Assembly (NCBI GenBank): GCA_964581415.1
Contig: CAZOOJ010000022.1
Span: forward strand, 1-15,235
Direction of reading: 5' to 3'
DNA length: 15,235 nt
From: Candidatus Woesearchaeota archaeon
Lineage (GTDB): Archaea; Nanobdellota; Nanobdellia; Pacearchaeales; GW2011-AR1
Shown here: positions 12,869-15,235 of the stretch, one piece after another
Numbering within the stretch: the first letter of the stretch is position 1
Layout: each line of letters starts with the position of its first letter
Notes under the pieces: model-generated
Databases searched by the model: none
What the model was told of the DNA's origin: nothing
What the model saw: the letters and a program-made list of their open reading frames with translations, nothing else
Translations under genes and position numbers: made by a program

Positions 12869-15235
12869 CTAACAGAATTTCACATTAAACTTTCCCTCTT
12901 TAATTTCTCTTGCATTTGCAACATTTTTCAAATCATTTAAAACTTCTTTTAATTTTTCTTTTGTTTTTTTATCAATTGTTAAAATAATTTCAGAATTCAT
13001 TGCTTTTTGATTTTTTGTTTTCTCCTGACGAATTTTTGAAATAATTTCAATTATCAAATCAAAAATTTTATCATCTGATTTTTCAATTAAATCTGCTTCA
13101 GGCCATTTAGAAATATGAATTGATTTTTCTTTTTCAGTATTTCTAAAATAATTTTGATAAATCTCTTCTGTAATGAATGGAATAAAAGGAGCAATCATTT
13201 TTAATAAGACTAAAAGAGATTTATATAGAGTATACTGCGCTGATTTTTTCCTGTTTCCTTTTTCATTATAAATTCTTTTTTTAACAATCTCTAAATAATT
13301 ATCACAAAATTCTCTCAAAAAGAAATTCTCAACTTCCTGCTTGACTTTTGAGTATTCATAATTTTCAAAATTTTTTGTAGAACTTTTAATTAAAACACAA
13401 AGTTTGCTCAAAAATAATTCATCAGTTTTTTCTAATTCTTTAGGTTTTTTATTATCAAAATCCTTTAAATTCATAAAGACAAATTTTGAAGCATTTAATA
13501 ATTTTACAATAAATTTTTTTCCTGCAATAACTTCTTTTTCCTGATAATCAAAATCTTTTCCAAGTTTTGAAGATGCAGCCCAAAATCTTAGAGCATCTGC
13601 TCCATATTCTTCTACAACTTCTCGTGGACTGATGATATTTCCTTTTGATTTTGACATTTTCTCTCCTTTTAATGTAACAAAACCAGAAATTGCAACATCC
13701 TTCCATGGATTTTTCTTAAAATGTAATTGAGATTTAAGAAGAGTATTAAAAAGCCAAAAAGAAATTATGTCATGTGCCTGAGGTCTAAGATTCATTGGAA
13801 AAATTTTCTTTTGAATTTTTTCAGGCATTAATCTAATTGTTATCTGAGGAGTCATCGAAGAAGTAAACCAAGTATTAAAAACATCTTTTTCAGGAATAAA
13901 TTCCTTGCTTCCGCATTTCGGACATTTTTTAACAGAAGGTTTTTCATTAATTGGATTTACAGGCAAATCCTTTTCTTCTGCTAAGATAATCTCTCCACAA
14001 TTTTTACAATACCAAACAGGAAATGAAACTCCAAAATGCCTTTGATTAGAAATTAACCAATCCCATTGCAAACCTTTAACCCAATTATCATATCTGTGCT
14101 TCATAAATTTAGGATACCATCTTAACTTAGCGCCCCATTTCAACATTTCATCTTTTAAATCCAAATATTTCAAAAACCATTGTTTATCTTTAATGAATTC
14201 TATTTCAGTTCCGCACCTCTCATGAACATTAACAGTATGAATAATTTTTTTCTTTTTAACTAAAAAATTCTGCTTTTTCAAATCATCGATAATTGCTTTT
14301 CTTGCTTCTTTAACTAACATGCCTTCATACTTTCCGGCAAGAGAAGTCATTTTTCCATCCTTTCCTATTGCTTCCTTTATTGGAAGATTATAAGCTTTTT
14401 GCCATTCCATATCTGTCTGATCTCCAAATGTTGCGCAATAAGCAATTCCTGTTCCTTTTTCAGGATCTGCTCTTTCATCTTCAAGAATTGGAACTTCTAT
14501 ATCAAACAAGGGAATTTTAGCCTTTTTTCCTTTTAAGGATTTGTATCTTTTATCCTTGGGATTATAAAAAACAGCGACGCTCGCAGGAAATAATTCAGGA
14601 CGAGTTGTACTTATTACTACATCTTTTCCTTCAACTTTTAAAATAACATCAACAAATTCAGAGGAAATTTCTTTGTCTTCAACTTCAACCTGGGCAACAC
14701 CTGTTTTACATTCAGGACAATACATTGCAGGAGCATCTCTTCTTTCCATTCTTCCTTTTTTATACAAATCCAAAAAACTCCATTGGCTTATTTTTCTAGA
14801 ATGCTCGTCGATAGTAGAATAATTAATATTCCAATCACAGCTTATTCCAATATTTTTCCAGTCCTGTATAAATCCAGGAAGCTCTTGTTTTAGAAAGTTC
14901 ATGCACAATTTAATAAATTCTTCTCTAGACATTTCTTTTGATTTGACGTTTCTTTTTTTCTCAACAAGTCTTTCAGTAGGAAGTCCATTATCATCTGTTC
15001 CAAAAGGATAAAAAACATTAAAATTTCTCATTCGCATAAATCTTATAATAAAATCTTGTTGTGAATAGGAACCTGCACTTCCAATATGCATTTCTCCAGA
15101 AACAGTGGGAGGAGGAGTATCAACTGAATAAATTCTTTTTTTGCTGTTAATATCAAATTTATAAATTTCTTCTTTTTCCCAAAACTTCTTAATTTTTTCT
15201 TCAATTTCTCTGAAATTAAATGAATTTTTAATCAT
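12869..15235 (-). CDS. valS: valyl-tRNA synthetase (archaeal type)
   Basis: The motifs are DTPPPTVSGEMHIGS (ValRS-type TPPPxxSG + HIGH region), FGTDDNGLPTE, TTRPE (CP1 editing domain), DWLISNQRHFG and KMSKSKGN. The start ATG is the last three bases of the window (15233-15235), so upstream signals are not visible. Confidence 0.9.
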   Translation of the reverse strand: MIKNSFNFREIEEKIKKFWEKEEIYKFDINSKKRIYSVDTPPPTVSGEMHIGSAGSYSQQDFIIRFMRMRNFNVFYPFGTDDNGLPTERLVEKKRNVKSKEMSREEFIKLCMNFLKQELPGFIQDWKNIGISCDWNINYSTIDEHSRKISQWSFLDLYKKGRMERRDAPAMYCPECKTGVAQVEVEDKEISSEFVDVILKVEGKDVVISTTRPELFPASVAVFYNPKDKRYKSLKGKKAKIPLFDIEVPILEDERADPEKGTGIAYCATFGDQTDMEWQKAYNLPIKEAIGKDGKMTSLAGKYEGMLVKEARKAIIDDLKKQNFLVKKKKIIHTVNVHERCGTEIEFIKDKQWFLKYLDLKDEMLKWGAKLRWYPKFMKHRYDNWVKGLQWDWLISNQRHFGVSFPVWYCKNCGEIILAEEKDLPVNPINEKPSVKKCPKCGSKEFIPEKDVFNTWFTSSMTPQITIRLMPEKIQKKIFPMNLRPQAHDIISFWLFNTLLKSQLHFKKNPWKDVAISGFVTLKGEKMSKSKGNIISPREVVEEYGADALRFWAASSKLGKDFDYQEKEVIAGKKFIVKLLNASKFVFMNLKDFDNKKPKELEKTDELFLSKLCVLIKSSTKNFENYEYSKVKQEVENFFLREFCDNYLEIVKKRIYNEKGNRKKSAQYTLYKSLLVLLKMIAPFIPFITEEIYQNYFRNTEKEKSIHISKWPEADLIEKSDDKIFDLIIEIISKIRQEKTKNQKAMNSEIILTIDKKTKEKLKEVLNDLKNVANAREIKEGKFNVKFC

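Noticed and set aside
1-15235. Alternative genetic code or stop-codon reassignment, as seen in some small-genome lineages
   Set aside because: TAA, TAG and TGA all terminate well-supported ORFs at sensible lengths (TAG at 98-100 and 12869-12871, TGA at 725-727 and 2045-2047, TAA at 501-503). Conserved proteins are full length under the standard code.
1-15235. Search for tRNA/rRNA genes, CRISPR repeats, IS elements, integrases or known defence genes
   Set aside because: No intergenic segment is long or GC-rich enough for a tRNA. No regularly spaced direct repeats were seen. No ORF shows transposase, integrase, nuclease-helicase or Cas-like motifs.

Overview
The window is a very AT-rich, tightly packed stretch of archaeal chromosome. 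It has short intergenic gaps and four 4-nt ATGA/TTGA gene overlaps. Archaeal information-processing markers establish the domain: Kae1, RadB, an NreA-like repair protein, RNA polymerase subunit L (Rpo11), ScpB, aRF1 (NIKS and GGQ motifs) and an archaeal-type ValRS. The small proteins, low GC and many orphan ORFs suggest a reduced-genome, DPANN-like archaeon, but that is inference only. I found no rRNA, tRNA, CRISPR array, transposase/integrase or recognisable defence gene. The parts worth a second look are: (1) a PgaC/IcaA/NodC-like processive GT2 synthase, translationally coupled to a membrane-anchored thioredoxin-fold protein that lacks CxxC, with a divergent DUF2334 (deacetylase-like) gene nearby; (2) a co-directional radB - orphan 166-aa ORF - nreA array, where the NreA-like protein ends in a textbook PIP box; (3) a 61-aa protein with an 18-lysine tail and the only strong Shine-Dalgarno in the window; (4) a zinc-ribbon + HTH (aMBF1-like) protein with a long charged extension, overlapping an orphan 106-aa ORF; (5) an overlapping HExxH metallopeptidase/DUF192 pair. 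Most other genes appear leaderless, with a TATA-like box about 24-29 nt upstream of the ATG. All functional calls come from motif recognition by eye in the supplied translations. None was confirmed by a search.
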